The notes beneath the pieces are model-generated. The model did no database searches. It was not told the origin of the DNA and worked only from the letters and a program-made list of their open reading frames with translations. A stretch of 64,000 bases of DNA from Callorhinchus milii (taxonomy: Eukaryota). The DNA lies in assembly GCF_018977255.1 (NCBI RefSeq), contig NW_024704742.1:100566001-100630000 (forward strand), in the 5' to 3' direction. Positions 12,050 to 26,127 of the stretch are shown here, in pieces (the first letter of the stretch is position 1; each line of letters starts with the position of its first letter). The position numbers and the translations under genes were made by a program.

Positions 12050-12750
12050 AACAGGGAAATCAGATTTGATACAGCAGCTAACACCAGCATGTGTTCCACC
12101 AGCTGACATTGCACAGGATTAATAGCTAAAATTAAAATGTGGAATTGAAGGTAACATGTGATATGGATCGTAGATTGATTTGGAGGTAGAGAGTTGGGAT
12201 GAAGGGCCATTTTGTATTCAAGCAATGTTATAATAATAATAATTCTTGCATTTGATATAGCGCTTTTCACGTCTTCTCGACATCTCAAAGCACTTCACAG
12301 AATAGACTGTAAAGTGAATTGACCGTTTATTTTCGGGGTGAAACGTGGCAGCCAATTGCGCACAGCAGTGTCGCACAAACAGTCGTGGATTGAAAATGAC
12401 CAATTTATTATTGTTTTTGGTTTTGGAGGGATTATTATTAGGCATGTGGAGTAAGGAAACTTACCCAAGGTTTCGCCCTGCCTGGAATTGAACTCAAGTG
12501 TCTCGCTTGCAAGGCGAGTGCTCTAACCACTGAGCTACAGGTCTCCACAATGTTGCCCAGAGATCAGTGCTAGGTCCCCAGCTTTCCACATTATATAAAA
12601 TCATCCAAATCTAGTATCAGGAAGCACTGTAGGCTGATGACACTAAACTAGAAACTATAGCAAATCGTAAAGAGAACAGAAAAATGAAAAGGATTAAGCA
12701 AGTGGGTGGAAACAAGGCAGATGGAATGCAATGTTGTGAAAGTGTGAGGC
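12050..12750 (+). mobile_element. Degenerate CR1 RT fragment interrupted by a SINE
   Basis: cccagagatcagtgctaggtcccc (PQGSVLGP-like) and gctgatgacactaaacta (ADDTKL). Confidence 0.7.
12230..12548 (-). mobile_element. tRNA-derived SINE nested in a CR1 fragment
   Basis: Full length; aatgtt on both flanks (target-site duplication). Confidence 0.92.
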
Positions 12751-15700
12751 AATAACAACAACAATCCTTGCATTTGATTTAGCGCCTTATCATGTCATCA
12801 AGATGTCTCAAAGCTCTTCGCAGGATACACTGTAAAGTGTATTGACTGTGTATTTGTGAGTGCAAATTTGTGGGTACAAATAGTACATTACATACTGTGT
12901 GAAACAGCGACTGCAGCTAAAACACACATTTATACTGAAGAGGTCGAACTTCTGAAACTGGAAAAATATATCTAGTTACAAAAATTGTAGTGCAGTTTAG
13001 AACAAATGAGATCATATATGCAGTGGATGCCAAGAGCAAAGGCAGACCTCCCAAATTTGTGTAAAAACACTGTAGCTGTTTCAGTTAAAGCAACAGTCAT
13101 ACCGTACTTAGTGATTCCCTAATTAAACCCAAACCTCCTTTGAGTGGATATAGAAATCACTTTGTTAATGAGGAGTTCAAAAACTGCCATAACGCCTTCA
13201 AGTGCACTACTTCCCTTTACCAAAACAGGTTGTGGGAGTTACTCAATACACCACTTTGTCGACAACTATTCAGATTTTGTTGCCTCATCCAAGTCGGCAT
13301 TGGGCGTATGTATAAATACACACTTTTTTGTAACTGTTCTTACAACACATAAAATGTTTTTTTGGGATCAAGCCTGTGTCTGAGAAGCACAGTTACCAGT
13401 TGGTCATTTGTATAGAAAGCTGTGAGTTTAAATTCATTATTTTCTCCAAAACATAAATAAAAATACAGCACATTGGCTTGACACTAAAATGTTACAAAAA
13501 GTTACATACATTGAGGGATACTAAATAATTCAATACAATTGTGAAATGAGTATTCTTTTTAAGTTTTGCAACCTTTTAAATTGCAGTAATGTTGCAGAAT
13601 GTTCTGCCCCAATAGCACAAACCAGGACAGAAGAAATGTGTCTGGTGACACCTACTGGAGAAATACCATTCCTGTTTCTTTCACTTTTACCAAATCAAAC
13701 TACTACCAAAGTTGTACGAATCATAGAACCTTACAGCACAGGAGACCTGTGTCATCTCTTTGAAAGAGTAACCAATTAGTCCCATTCCCCTGCTCTTAAC
13801 CGATAGCCCTGCGAATGTTTCCTTTTTAAATACCTATCCAAAACGTAACTCCCTTAGTTCATACTGTATTTTAGTTGGTTTGAGCCCAGCTGGCTGAATT
13901 GTAAAGCAGATCGGAACAGGTGCCCAAATCAATAACAAGTGTAATTTTTTGCTCAGTTCAGCTAAACTTTTAACTTTGCCACTAATTTCAGCTTAGCATT
14001 TTTCAGGAATAATACTTTATACCTAGTTTTATACTATATAATGTACTATATACTGTACAATACTATATATTGCGAGTTGAATCAAGCCAAAATAAATTTA
14101 ATCCAGTTGGGAGTACAGCCCAGTCACAATTGGCTGATTTGCCCTATATATTTCTATACAAATGACCAATTGTTGACAGTCGTCCTTGTCAGCTTGGCTT
14201 CATACTCAAATCATGGTCTTGGCGTATAATTAATCTGAATGTTGCAGGCAACACACATCCTTTATATTGAACCAAACACACCCACATTAAATCAGTCTGA
14301 ATTTGTTCAAATATATTTTACTAATTTTGTGTCAACATGGATTAAAAAAAACAAGAGACAGTATGTATAATACTCAGGAAGATGTTTAAAGCAATGAGTG
14401 GGCATTCTTCACACTCGATTAATATTTTTAGGGCAGCAAAAGTTATATCATGTGCTATATCAGGAATTCCAAGTGTGCCCTATTGAACCCCCATTGAGAT
14501 AGAGACTCCATCCTCCGGTTTAAATCAATTGTTAGGCGGTTCCACTTTCTAAACAAGGAGGCAATCTGTAGTACACAGAACATTATTGTCAATCATAGCA
14601 CAAATTCTCAGAATCCATAAAGAATTCCATTATTTTATACAATTTGTATTTCAGAGTAGCTATGTACACTGTGGCTCTTGAATTATTATAAATGTGGCTT
14701 TAAATCCTGGTTGACAATTTTGGGACAAAGTCCACAGATAAATCTGAACAATGTCCTAAATCAGGGACATAAGGCCACTGAAATGCTTATGAAATACATC
14801 TCTGGATTAATCTAGATTCTCTTATATCAGCTTCTTGTTACTTGTCATTACAAGCAGGGCTGATTAAAAGGACACAGCTCAAAGAAAGGCACTGATCTAG
14901 ACAGTGGGTATCAGCTGGCTAGCTGTGACTGCGTCTATTTTGGAAGAGGATTTTCAATTCAGTATGCATCTGAATTAAAGTAGTGAATTCTGGATTAAAC
15001 ACTCACTAATAGAACCTCAAATCCAAATGAGCTGCTCAATGTAGGCAATGGAATTTGAATTGAGCATCACTGGATGTTGGAAGTATTTAACACTCCATCC
15101 AGTATATATGGTATTGATTACCATACCTGCTGAATACCCTTTCTTCTTATTTTTACAACCATGGGGCAGGGGAAAAGGTATAGAGGTTAAGACAAACAGA
15201 AAGCAATCAAAAATCAGGTATCTCAAGGAGAGGAAGTGATCAAAATAGTCAGTAAGTGAAAAATCTAGCTGTAATATTCTGCAGGCAATGCAGAACTGCA
15301 AAAGATATGAAATTACCCTCCTTTTACTTCATAAGTCTCATATGGTGAACACACATCTTGGGGTAAAACTGAGCCAATTTCATTAGAATTACATACAGCA
15401 CAACACAAAGATTGCAGTAGGTGTCATGAGGCTGTGAGGCTGAAGAGGTTTATTAAAATCTAAATTTAATACTATGAAACGTCCTTTAAACACACTCCAA
15501 CCTCCATCACAAGGTGGAATTCATTGGGGGTGGTTTTATTCTATTTCCAGATTTGAAAAAAAATGTACAGCTGAAACTACCATGAAGGATAGAGAGCAGG
15601 CTCCTGTCTAAATTAACTGACAGAACCTGAAATTGTGTTTTACCACAAAGTAATTAAAACTGCAGTGAGAGTGAGTTTTATTTCACTGTGCATCACAAAT

Positions 15701-17339
15701 AATAACACCTTTTGATTCACATGCAAAGCAATAACAGCTCATCATAAGCCAGACAATGACAATTTATAAATATTTACAAAAATAAACCAAATTGGGTCCC
15801 AAATATAAATGAAACCCATGGTAACTTTAGAAGTAGTTTTGCTTTATATATAAACTAAGTTTCCCCACCCCACTCCTTGGGCTAGAAAATCATTCGCTAA
15901 AAAATAAAATCCATCAACACTTCTAACCATATTTTAAGAAATAACCTTGTCCTCACTCACTTAGCCAATATTTACTCAATACCCAAGAGTCGTACTTAAA
16001 TAATGGACAAGCCACTATAGTATTATTGTCCCAACTAGTTGGGAAGTACTGAATCAAACAGACCTAACTTGTATCCTTTGCATAATTATGCAATTAGAGA
16101 AGCCTTGTACAACAGCACAACATTTCTAGCCTATGACGTAAAGTACTCACAGCACAAGTACAAGCATTGGCTTATAATCACTTGTACAGCAAATTAAATT
16201 TTATGTTGTACAGTACAGCTTTGTTAACATTTAATGGAACAAGACAGGTGAGTAGCTTGTGGGGCGTGATACTGCACTTGGCTCACTGTATAATCTGAGA
16301 CCTGTTGTCAGAAACAATACACTGGAAAGCAATTATTGCACTGTAGGCATGAGATGGTTAATGGACCACATTAAGTGGTTTCACATTGAGATATTGTATA
16401 CAAGGCTATTTCTCATTTTACACAGCTATCATCATAAAGAATTGACACTGTAAGTGTTGTGACAGCTACCAGAGAAGATTACTGACACCGTTCCAAATAT
16501 TAGAATGATAGAATCCCTAAATAAGTCATTCCACACTTAATTGTTTTGCGTCAGCAGAATTCTGAAAATCGAACCTGGAGGCTCAACCCATCACAGAATT
16601 AATCAATTAAAAAAGTCATTTGAAAAAAAAATTGCTGCAAAGATCAAGTTTAAGCATAATTTACTTCAAGAGACAGGTCGTGCTGCTTGGCAAATGCTAC
16701 TTGGAACTATTTACAGATTCAGGGTTTGCATAACTAAAGTGAACAAAACAACTGTACTGCATAAACTATATATGAACTACAGTTTTGATAACCTTGCTGC
16801 ATCTGATTACCGCCCCCCACCAAAGATCAACTAAAATCTAGAACGTACACAGTCATCAGCCAAATCTAAATCTAATCCTCAATTGAATCCTTGAGGTTGA
16901 AGTCAATTTGAAGGCTGCAGTTTTTTCCCCCTTGACGTAGAAAAGAAGTTGCACTTGTATTGAAATGTCTTGGAGCACTTCATAGAAAGTCAAGTAAAGT
17001 CACTTTTTGTGGGGCAAGCATGACAGCCACCTGTCCTGGCAAGTTTCCACAAACATCCATGAAGTGAACTACAAATTACTCATGGAAATCATTAGTCATG
17101 GAAAGTTTTAACATTCATCAGAACAGACAGACATCTTTGTAAGTTTGCTGTTTCCTTATCAATTATTAAAATCAAGCATTGATTGCAATTTTGCAAAACT
17201 CGATTCTAATTTTAGAGTTGGTTGTGGCCCAGCATGGAAACAGAATACAGAACTGCAAGGTTATATTATTGGCTACAACAGCTGCAGAGGAAAAAGGGGG
17301 GAGAAGGCCGGGGGAGAGGGCCGAGGGGAATGGTGGGGG

Positions 17340-17790
17340 GTAGGGCCGAGGGTAGGGAGAGGGCTGGGGGTAGGGGGGAGGGCCGGGGGGGGAGGGGTCG
17401 AAGGTATGGTCGAAGAGGAAGGTCTTTAGATGGCACCCAAAAGAGGCAAGAGAGGGGGTTAGGTGGAGGGATTGAGGGATACAGTTCCAGAGTGTGGGGG
17501 CAGAGATGCTGAATGCCCGACCCCCAATGGTGGGGTGAGAAGTGCGGGGACCTGAAGCAGGCCTGTCGACGTCCGCCGAGCGGATGGAGTGGACAAGCTG
17601 ATATTGCGTTAGGAGGTCGGAGAGGTCAGAGGGAGCAAGACCATGGAGGGCTTTGAAGGTGAGGACGAGGGTCTTGTATCCAATTCTCTGAGGGATGGGG
17701 AGCCAGTAAAACCGGGCAAGACCAGGGGCAACTGGCTCGCGGAGCTTGGTGCAGGAGAGGACATGAGCTGCAGAGTTCTGAATAATTGTA
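17340..17790 (-). mobile_element. L2 3' fragment with G-rich expanded 3' UTR
   Basis: cagaactctgcagctc...tactggctccccatccctcagag on the minus strand. Confidence 0.85.
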
Positions 17791-17894
17791 TTGACTCGGT
17801 GAGGTGAAGAGTGCAGCCATTAATAGTGATAATGTCAGTGCTGAGGTAAGGAGGCACTGCTGGGAGGCAAACAGGAGTATTTCCTCATGATTAG

Positions 17895-18008
17895 GAACAG
17901 GTTAAGTGCAGGGGAGTGGGACTGATTGGGTAGCTCTTCCAAAGAGCTGACACAGGTACGATGGGCCAAATGACCTCCTTCTGTGCTGTAATATTCTATG
18001 ATTCTCTA
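17895..18008 (+). mobile_element. CR1 3' terminus
   Basis: gatgggccaaatgacctccttctgtgctgtaatattctatgattct, the CR1 3' hairpin and octamer repeat. Confidence 0.8.
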
Positions 18009-21000
18009 ATAGGGAGTATCCCATGTAAAGTACAGGTGATATATCACAAACAAAAAACAAGAGAAATAAATATTTGCTCACAAGTAACCCTGAATGACAG
18101 TCTTTCATTCAGCCACTGCACGTGCAGATTCAAACAATTTTATAAAGAGTTCAAGTAACATTGAGCACCGGAGTCTTATGAGTTACGCATTTGTTTCTGT
18201 GGATAACGAACACAGGCACCAAAATTAAAAAAAACTACAATTCTGAATCATATCTCCCTTTGATGCTGCATAAAGGAGTTCCAAATCCATAATAAAAAAC
18301 TGCAGCACAAGAGCAAGTGGACCCAGTGATATTTCTCACATGGCCTATTGTCTGCAACTGTAATTATGTGAATGTCATCACATCTTTAGGACATGCATAA
18401 AACAACCCACAAAATATATTCTGGGATATCTGCTACACAAATAACTATAGCATTAATAGTGAAAAATGCCAGGAGCACACTTTTTATTCCTTCGAGTTGA
18501 ACACGAAAAAATGAAAAATAAATTATGAAAACAGCAAAACTGGGACTTGGAGAAGAAATTATTAAATGAGGGTGCACTGGAGTTTCAGCCTAGACTGTGA
18601 ATGCCAAATCCCAATGTATGAATTGGCCCAAAAACCTTGTGACTCAAAGGAAGAGTCAACCAACTGAGCCAAGCTAACACCTGGCATTGACAGGAGAAGT
18701 ACAAGTAAATCCTGGCAAATGTCGTTCAGGAATATTTGAGAAAGGCTGTAAAATCATCAACCTTAAACTGCAGAACCTCAGTTTTAAATCTCATTCTTAA
18801 AACAGTGGATCCTTATTAGGTTCCTAAAGCCTTGCCAACATGCTTCATTATGGTGTCCAGCAAATCAGATATGTTTTATTCTCCCGCCACCTGCGATTTT
18901 ATAAATAAATGTTTCACTTCTCCAATTTCCATTTAAAAGTTCACAGAATCTAAATTTTATCTCACAGGAAGACCGTATTGTTGTCGCTGCAGTCTATTTG
19001 AGAAACAGGGAAGCCAATCAAATGCCTAGGGTTGGTGAAAACCGATCAGTGAATATTCATTGTTTTTTGGGTTGTTCCGCGATCACATTTTTTTTCCTAA
19101 TTTTTTACAAAGGTGACCACTTCCATGGTCAGATCACCACAGATACCACTTCCTTCATACCACATGCCTATATTGTGCACAAGAAGTCCTGCGGTATTTC
19201 TTGAGCAAAGCGTGCAATGTGACTATTTTTATAGTTACAAACATTGACAAATTGTTTTTAAAATAAAGTTTACAACAAATAATTTTATCCATTGAAAATA
19301 AAACTCCAAATCAATTTCCACCAACGCTGCATCGCTGCACCTGGGTTCCAGTTTCCTATTGTGTCCAGTACCATGCACCATTATAGTGTTGTGGACAACA
19401 GACGAGCACTGGGTTTTGATGTTTCCGATACTCATGGAAAGCACTCAACAAGCAATAATCCACTCTACTCTCTCTGCACATCCCTGTTGAGAAATCCTGA
19501 AGACTAGAAAGTCCCACGTGGGAGTCCAATGCAAATCTGCATTTTACCATTCAATGGAGCAAAACGTTAGAGCCCTCGTGAAACATATTCTGGAAAAGAT
19601 TCTCATGTATAATTTAAAACAAAACATATTTAGCCAGTACTGTTTGAATTACATTAAATTAAGCAATTATAAAATGGAACAAAAACAAGTTTTGAAAAAA
19701 ATCCCATTCAAACCACAATTAAAACATTGATGATACCCTCTTGTAGTTTGACTGTTTGTACATAAACTTGCCTTTTCAGTATTAAACAGCTTGCTGTAAG
19801 TTCATAAGAGGGGCATTTTACAATCTGAATGAAAGCATCACCTCCTGCCCGTTGGTCTATCACCAGTGTGGAAGGCTTAACACAATAGATATAGCAGAAG
19901 CTGACACAATCTACATTCCTCTGTTCCACAAGCAAACCATCAGGATCTATTAAAATTACTGTACATTGATAGCACTAGAGACATGACAAATCACAGGGCA
20001 AAAGTCAGATACCAAAGAAAGTGTCTAGGGGCTTCTCAACAGGACCCATTTGCAAGCAAATGATAATATTTGTAGGCTGCATGCTCAGTGCATGACAAAC
20101 TGATGCAATTTCACTGCTGTCTGAAAATCCGGGAGATATTTGTCTGATGTTGGCTGGAGTTAGTCTGCAGAAATGTGCAGATTTCTTAGATCTGAATCAG
20201 TGGGGCCGAAGGGCTTCACTTGACAAGCCACAAATAATTACAGTATGTGGTTTCCAATGTACTCCATTATTTTCCTGTTCTTATCTATGGGTTTTAGATA
20301 CCAGCGATGATGCAAGGTCATATTGTCTTTGAACAGAACATAGGAAAATATTGTTCATTTTATTGTATGATAAACAAATCAAGGTCACATAGATTGGCAG
20401 GGGCGGAGAGAGTATAAATCGGGACTATTTTGCTTTTTTTATAAATAGCCAAAAATATTCTGTTTATTGTTTTTATCCCAACAACCACTGAGGTCAGACC
20501 CAGCACCATTCACTCACAGTATGATAGCACTATCAAGTTATTCCAAAAACTCTTTTGAAAAATGGAGTGTTAACCTCTCAGCTCCTAATAGATAAAAACA
20601 TGGATCAACATTGGTTTCTTCGCAGTTCAGGTTTTTAATGAGCATGTGTGGATACATTATTCTGCCATGCCAGAAAAAAATATTGGATTCCGTTTCCTGT
20701 CAGTAACACCCTCTTAGCAATTTTCATGTTCTCCTCATCAAGCCCACAGGATTATGAAGAATAATAGAACAAAAGCACTCCCACTCTGGTACAATAGCAG
20801 AAGAGTCATCATTACAGCAGTCAAAGCAAGTCAGCTATTGCATTTACTGTCATTTCTTCATGGACATTTGTGCTTTGTTGCATTCTTTCAATAACAATTT
20901 GCACTTATATCGTACATTTCACATAAAGTAATGTCTCAAAGAGCTTTGTGGAGACGGAATGGAAACCTGAGCAAAGTGAAAAGTGTGTGTGTCGGGTTGG

Positions 21001-22451
21001 GGCAGGGGAGGTGGGGGGGGCGGTGGCAGGCAAAGTTAAAAAGGTAGTTTGTGGATTTTTAAAAAAAAATGTTTTGAAACCAAAGAGGAAAGATGCCAAG
21101 CAAAGGTATTCTGGGAGGGAATTCCAGCAATTGGGACATATTAGCTAGAAGCTACTATTCCATTCGTCTCCCAGCTTTTAAACAATACAGCAGCGCTCTG
21201 GCAAGCAAGTCATGTGAAAGATTGTCTGATCACTTTTCATACAACAGACACTCCATATAATCAATAAATACTCACCAACAGTCATTGATTACTTCACAAG
21301 GTAATCAACATTTTTGATTTGTGCTTATGTATTACTTCAAGAGGAGCCATTTAATTTCCCTGTTGATTAATTCATGAGACGACATAAGAAATCACATCCT
21401 AGAAGTCAAACACAAGGGGATTCTCCAAAATGACTTCCTTCTCAAAATTGACAGGACACACACACATACACACACACACATTTGGCAGATACTTATGAGG
21501 TGGTAATTGTCCATTGACCTACAAAGCACCATCACTACACTACAGTAAAAATCCTGTGAAGCACTTTGCGACATCCTCCAAAAGGCGCTAAATCAAATGC
21601 AAAGAATATTATTTATTATTCCACAATCATCGCAAACATGCTTCACACAATCTCAGGCCAGCTTCCCTGAGTAGGAGGTTGTTGTGCTATAACAATGGCC
21701 AAGGATGGGATTTCATGAATGAGCTACTGAACATGGATTAGTTTCGTGTTCACTTCTTCTTAAACACATACTCCTTTCTGACCATTAAACAACACTGACA
21801 GAAAACTCTTATGCTAGAGTAGATTTCACACACTTATCTCCAAAAGCTAGCAAACACCAGTACATTTCTTGGACCATCAAAGGAATAAGGGTCATTTTAC
21901 CAAAGAAGTAAGGGAACCCGAGAATACTGTATTCACAGAATTCCTAGAAGACTGATAAAAAAATAATGTGATCATTGTTACAGTAAATTACAAAGATGCT
22001 GGAAAAAGGTGGAAGAACAATTATACATTCCACTGATTCACCAAACACGATCGATGCACTTAAATAATCTCAACTTTTGATTTTGATATGTGAACAGTAC
22101 AATATTGCATGAAAACTGCAAGAAGTGCCAGCTCACTCTTAACAAACAAGCTAACAAAATAAGGATGTGACCACTGATAGGGAGGATGCCTTTCAGTAGT
22201 TTTGTTCAGAGAGCAGAGCTTCATTCCTTCCTTCCTCTCTCTATCTGTGAATATCAGTGTAAATGTGCCTTAGTTGATAAATGTACAGCTCGAGATGTAT
22301 GGTGGTTGTCAACACTACTGGTTTAATCCAGAGTGTCTGGGTTTACTGGGTCATCTTGGGGCTACTATTGATGTGATGAATCTATTTTCTTTTCTTTTGT
22401 AGATAGCATTCCTTTTCATTTGACCTGAACAAGCTACTGTACCATTTACAA

Positions 22452-22774
22452 AATAATAATAATCCTTGCATTTGATATAGTGCCTTTTCACATCTTCTAG
22501 ACGTCTCAAAGCTCTTCACAGAATATAGCATAAAGTGAATTGACTGTATATTTTATGGGCGAAATGCGGCAGCCAATTGCGCACAACAGTGTCCCACAAA
22601 CAGTTGTGGATTGAGTGACCAATTTATTATTTTAATTTTATTTTATTTCTTTAGGGATTATTATCAGGTGTGTGGAGTAAGAAAACTTGCCTAAGGTTTC
22701 ACCGTGCCGGAAATCAAAACCAGGTCTCTTGCTTGTGAGGCTAGTGCTCAAACCACTGAGCTACAGGACTCCAC
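22452..22774 (-). mobile_element. tRNA-derived SINE, full length
   Basis: Full head and tail; atttaca on both flanks. Confidence 0.92.
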
Positions 22775-23477
22775 AATTTACATACGAATAATCCTTGCAT
22801 TTGTAAGGACTTATGTTCACAATATTAAAAAAATGTGGTGGTTAGGAAGGCTGCAACATATCCAGTGGTCCAGATAATATTACAAACCACAAACACAAAA
22901 GGTTTATGATCATTTTCACTCTTTGTTGCATGTAAATACTTAACAGTATATAGACTGAAGCAATGCAAGATATCAAGTAGCCCATATGATAGTATAAAAT
23001 GATACAACAAACTGTCTGCCTTATCAAAATCGCCTGCCCTCACAGTTCATTCAAAACACATTATCTTGCATTATTCTAAATGACATGTACAGGAGGAGTT
23101 CATTTTTCTGACTTTATTTTGCAACAGCTTTTTTTGTGCCAGTGGCAAACATTGTAACATGAACAAGCAGCAAGTTCCTGCAATCAAACTCCATGATCTG
23201 AACTTAAATACTATTAGACTTCATTTTACTTCAGGTTACAATGAAATTGGATATGTTGCATGTACCTTGTAAAATGCTGATACACAATTGTATCGTACAT
23301 ACTACTGAATTTATGGGACCAGAACATTTAGATTTTTTTTGCAAATAATCATTTGAAACTGGTTGTGGGATAGCAGGAACAGATTAAAACACTTGGATTT
23401 GATATAGGGCATAATCATGTTGAAATGTCTCACAACGCTTTATTTAATGTATTACTTTAAAGTTTCATGACAGCAAC

Positions 23478-23855
23478 CGTATCGTCCCCATCCTCGCTCG
23501 ACTCCACTGGCTTCCCATCACACAGAGGATACAGTTCAAGATCCTGGTCGATCCATCGCCTTGCTCCCAAGGCCTCCCTACCTCTGCAACCTGCTAACCT
23601 CCTACCAACCTGCCCGCTCCCTCCGCTCAGTGGGTTCCGGCCTCACGTACCCCGCCTCGACCGCCCCAGCATTGGCGGGCAGGCCTTCAGCCACTCTGCC
23701 CTCACCCTCTGGAACTCCATCCTGCAGTCCCTCTACTCCGCCCTCTCCTTCAAGACCCACCTATAGACCCTCCTCTTCAACTGTGCCTTCAGTCATTCTC
23801 CTTTTCCCCCTGCCATCCATCCTCCCCAACCCCGACCCCCAGCTCGGGTCGGAAA
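23478..23855 (+). mobile_element. L2 3' fragment
   Basis: RLHWLPITQRIQFKIL and IGGQAFSHSALTLWNS remnants. Confidence 0.85.
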
Positions 23856-24369
23856 CATGAATAAAATAGCCCCACAGGATTTGTAATACCCACTAGAAGA
23901 AACAGAGGGGGAATTACACATCACTGTGCTGTAATTTCTCAACGAAAAAACAATCTTGATAAATGGGATAATGCATGTTGTGTTGTACAAGGCTTGCAAT
24001 TCCACCACTGGTTAATAGGACACATCGATCCATTCACCACCATAACTCCCTATCTTGGGTACGATGGTTACATGGTTCTCCATCATGATTTGAACTACCT
24101 GGATCAGATCACACCCCAAACTGCAACCCTGCAAGCAGCCATACAATTAGGACAGCATTTTAAATCTGCTGGTGCCAGCCAAAAAGAAAGCCACATATAC
24201 GTCATTAATTGGGAAATAAATTACTTCCTTGAGTGTATAACTGAGTAACCTTCTGAACTATGAGAAAATACTGTTTAATAGGATCATAATGCACAGTATC
24301 TTCACTTATTGGGGAATATCATCCACCTAGTGAGGACTCAAACACATGCTCGTCCAATGTCAAATGACC

Positions 24370-24900
24370 ACTAGTGACTATCCTCCTGGGGAGAGGTACG
24401 CAGGGTCTCCTTAGAGCTCAACTGGCTCCAAGGTGACATGTTTGGCCTCAGAATGTCAGACTCGAGCCAGCCCTCGGGAGTCCGGGTTCTGAGCCAGATG
24501 GTTCTGCAGTATTCCAGGGCACTGCTGATGACAGCCCAGCCAGCCTGGCTCATCGGCAGAACTTTGAAGGACAGACCAGTCACTGGGATCAGGGAATCAT
24601 CCCACTCAGCTCCCGTTAACCCTGCAAGCCAGAATGGGTAGGGTGGTCCTAGCTGGACAAACAGTGGGAAAGTTTGCTAGGCAGTCGTCTCAATGGCAAG
24701 CAATGTGGTTTTATCTCTTGGCAACTTATGCCAAATACTCCCCAGAATTAAGTAACCAGGATGTGCCCTCTCGGGAGAGAATGCACATTCTGTTCTAATA
24801 AATATCCACATAGAAGTGGGATGCACGGAACTGTTTGGTTTGGATACACTTAAACATGGTGATGAGTTTCTGCATATGTCAGACACCCAGCTGACCAAAA
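24370..24900 (-). repeat. Unassigned ~500-bp interspersed repeat (other copies 6190-6680 +, 53200-53730 +, 56530-56955 -)
   Basis: Shared colinear blocks such as ctggctcag, ctgagaccaccac, ctagcaaac(t)ttcccactg, catcaccatgtttaag, ggcaaaag(c/t)caaggctt. Confidence 0.75.
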
Positions 24901-25449
24901 TAAAATAATATCCAATAGATATTCCCAGAGTAATTTAGTATTGGATTCAACGCTGTTTTAAGTAGGATTCAAATAAGTGAAAATAGGGCGGGGGCAAAAT
25001 CATGTATATATTCAGAGTTTAAATTTGGTGACAAGTTATTTGCAGCAAACAAAACTATGATTTGATTGAGACTGGTCATTCAGTCCAATCGATTTCTCTT
25101 ATGAGTTGGTAAAACACAAGTTGGTAAACCAATGAATGACAATGAATGTGGTTTCAAGCCATTGCCAAATATCTGTGATTTATTGCATTGTACAAAGTCA
25201 AAAACACACACTCGCACACAAAAACCCACTCGTTAAAGTCGTTAGGGGGTGTGTGTGTGTGTATGGGGGGGGGGGGGGGTCCAGCTTCAGGTACACAACG
25301 AAAGAGCTTACATTTACTTAATAAATGCATTTATTTGCAGAAATATTAGAGGTTGCATAAGAAAAGAAGTTGCTGCAAATAGTTTTAAAGGTTGGAAACT
25401 TGGGCATAGAGTGTAATTAAACAGCTAACACAGACCAGCAGTCAGAGTG

Positions 25450-25953
25450 GGGGGGGGAGACAGGGGGAGTGTGGGGGGGGAGACAGGGGGAGTGTAGGGG
25501 GGGGAGAGGGGGAGAGGAGAGGGGGGGAGAGGGGAGGGGGAGAGGGGGGAGAGGGGGAGAGGAGAGGGGGGAGAGAGGGGAGAGGAGAGGGGGGAGGAGA
25601 GGGGGGGAGGGGGGAGAGGAGAGGGGGGGAGAGGGAGGAGAGGGGGAGAGGGGGAGAGGGGGGAGAGGGGGAGAGGAGAGAGGGGAGAGGAGGGAGAGGA
25701 GAGGGAGGAGAGAGGGGGAGAGGAGAGGGGGGAGAGGGGAGGAGAGGGGGGAGAGGAGAGGGGAGAGGGGGGGAGAGGGGGAGGGGGGGAGAGGAGAGAG
25801 GGGGAGAGGAGGAGAGAGGAGAGGGGAGGAGAGAGGGGGAGAGGAGAGGGGGGGAGGAGGGGGGGAGAGGAGAGGGGTTTGGGGGAGAGGGGGAGAGGAG
25901 AGGGGAGAGGAGGAGAGGGGAGGAGAGAGGGGAGAGGGGGAGAGGGGGGGGGA
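25450..25953. repeat. ~500-bp polypurine (G/A) low-complexity tract
   Basis: Almost exclusively G and A on + (ggggagaggagagg...), at the 5' end of the SNX24 intron. Confidence 0.95.
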
Positions 25954-26021
25954 GGCCTGACTGCTCGCCTCTTCCAAATGGCTGCTGTGGCAGCAGTGCG
26001 GCCTGGACCCGCCAACCCTAC

Positions 26022-26093
26022 CGTGTAGCCTCTCTCCTGTTCGCTCTCCTCGTATCTGAAGGACGGGATGGACACCCCCACCGTGTGGTGCAT
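26022..26093 (-). CDS. SNX24: Sorting nexin 24, first coding exon (72 nt)
   Basis: [24 protein letters not shown] followed by donor gtaggg; matches the SNX24 N-terminus ([15 protein letters not shown]); SNX2-SNX24 tandem order is the known vertebrate synteny. Confidence 0.9.
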
Positions 26094-26127
26094 CACTCCC
26101 CGCGGCCCCGAGAGCCTCTGTCTGCAA

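Noticed and set aside
1..25400. SNX24 exon 2 (VFKIEV...KRYSEF...)
   Set aside because: Not found by eye; the near match at ~2645-2660 (YSEC) is preceded by a stop; the exon is probably left of the window, although a miss is possible
25417..26021. Pro/Ser/Leu-rich and Gly/Glu/Arg-rich ORFs
   Set aside because: Low-complexity purine tract; only 26022-26093 is real coding sequence, ending at a GT donor
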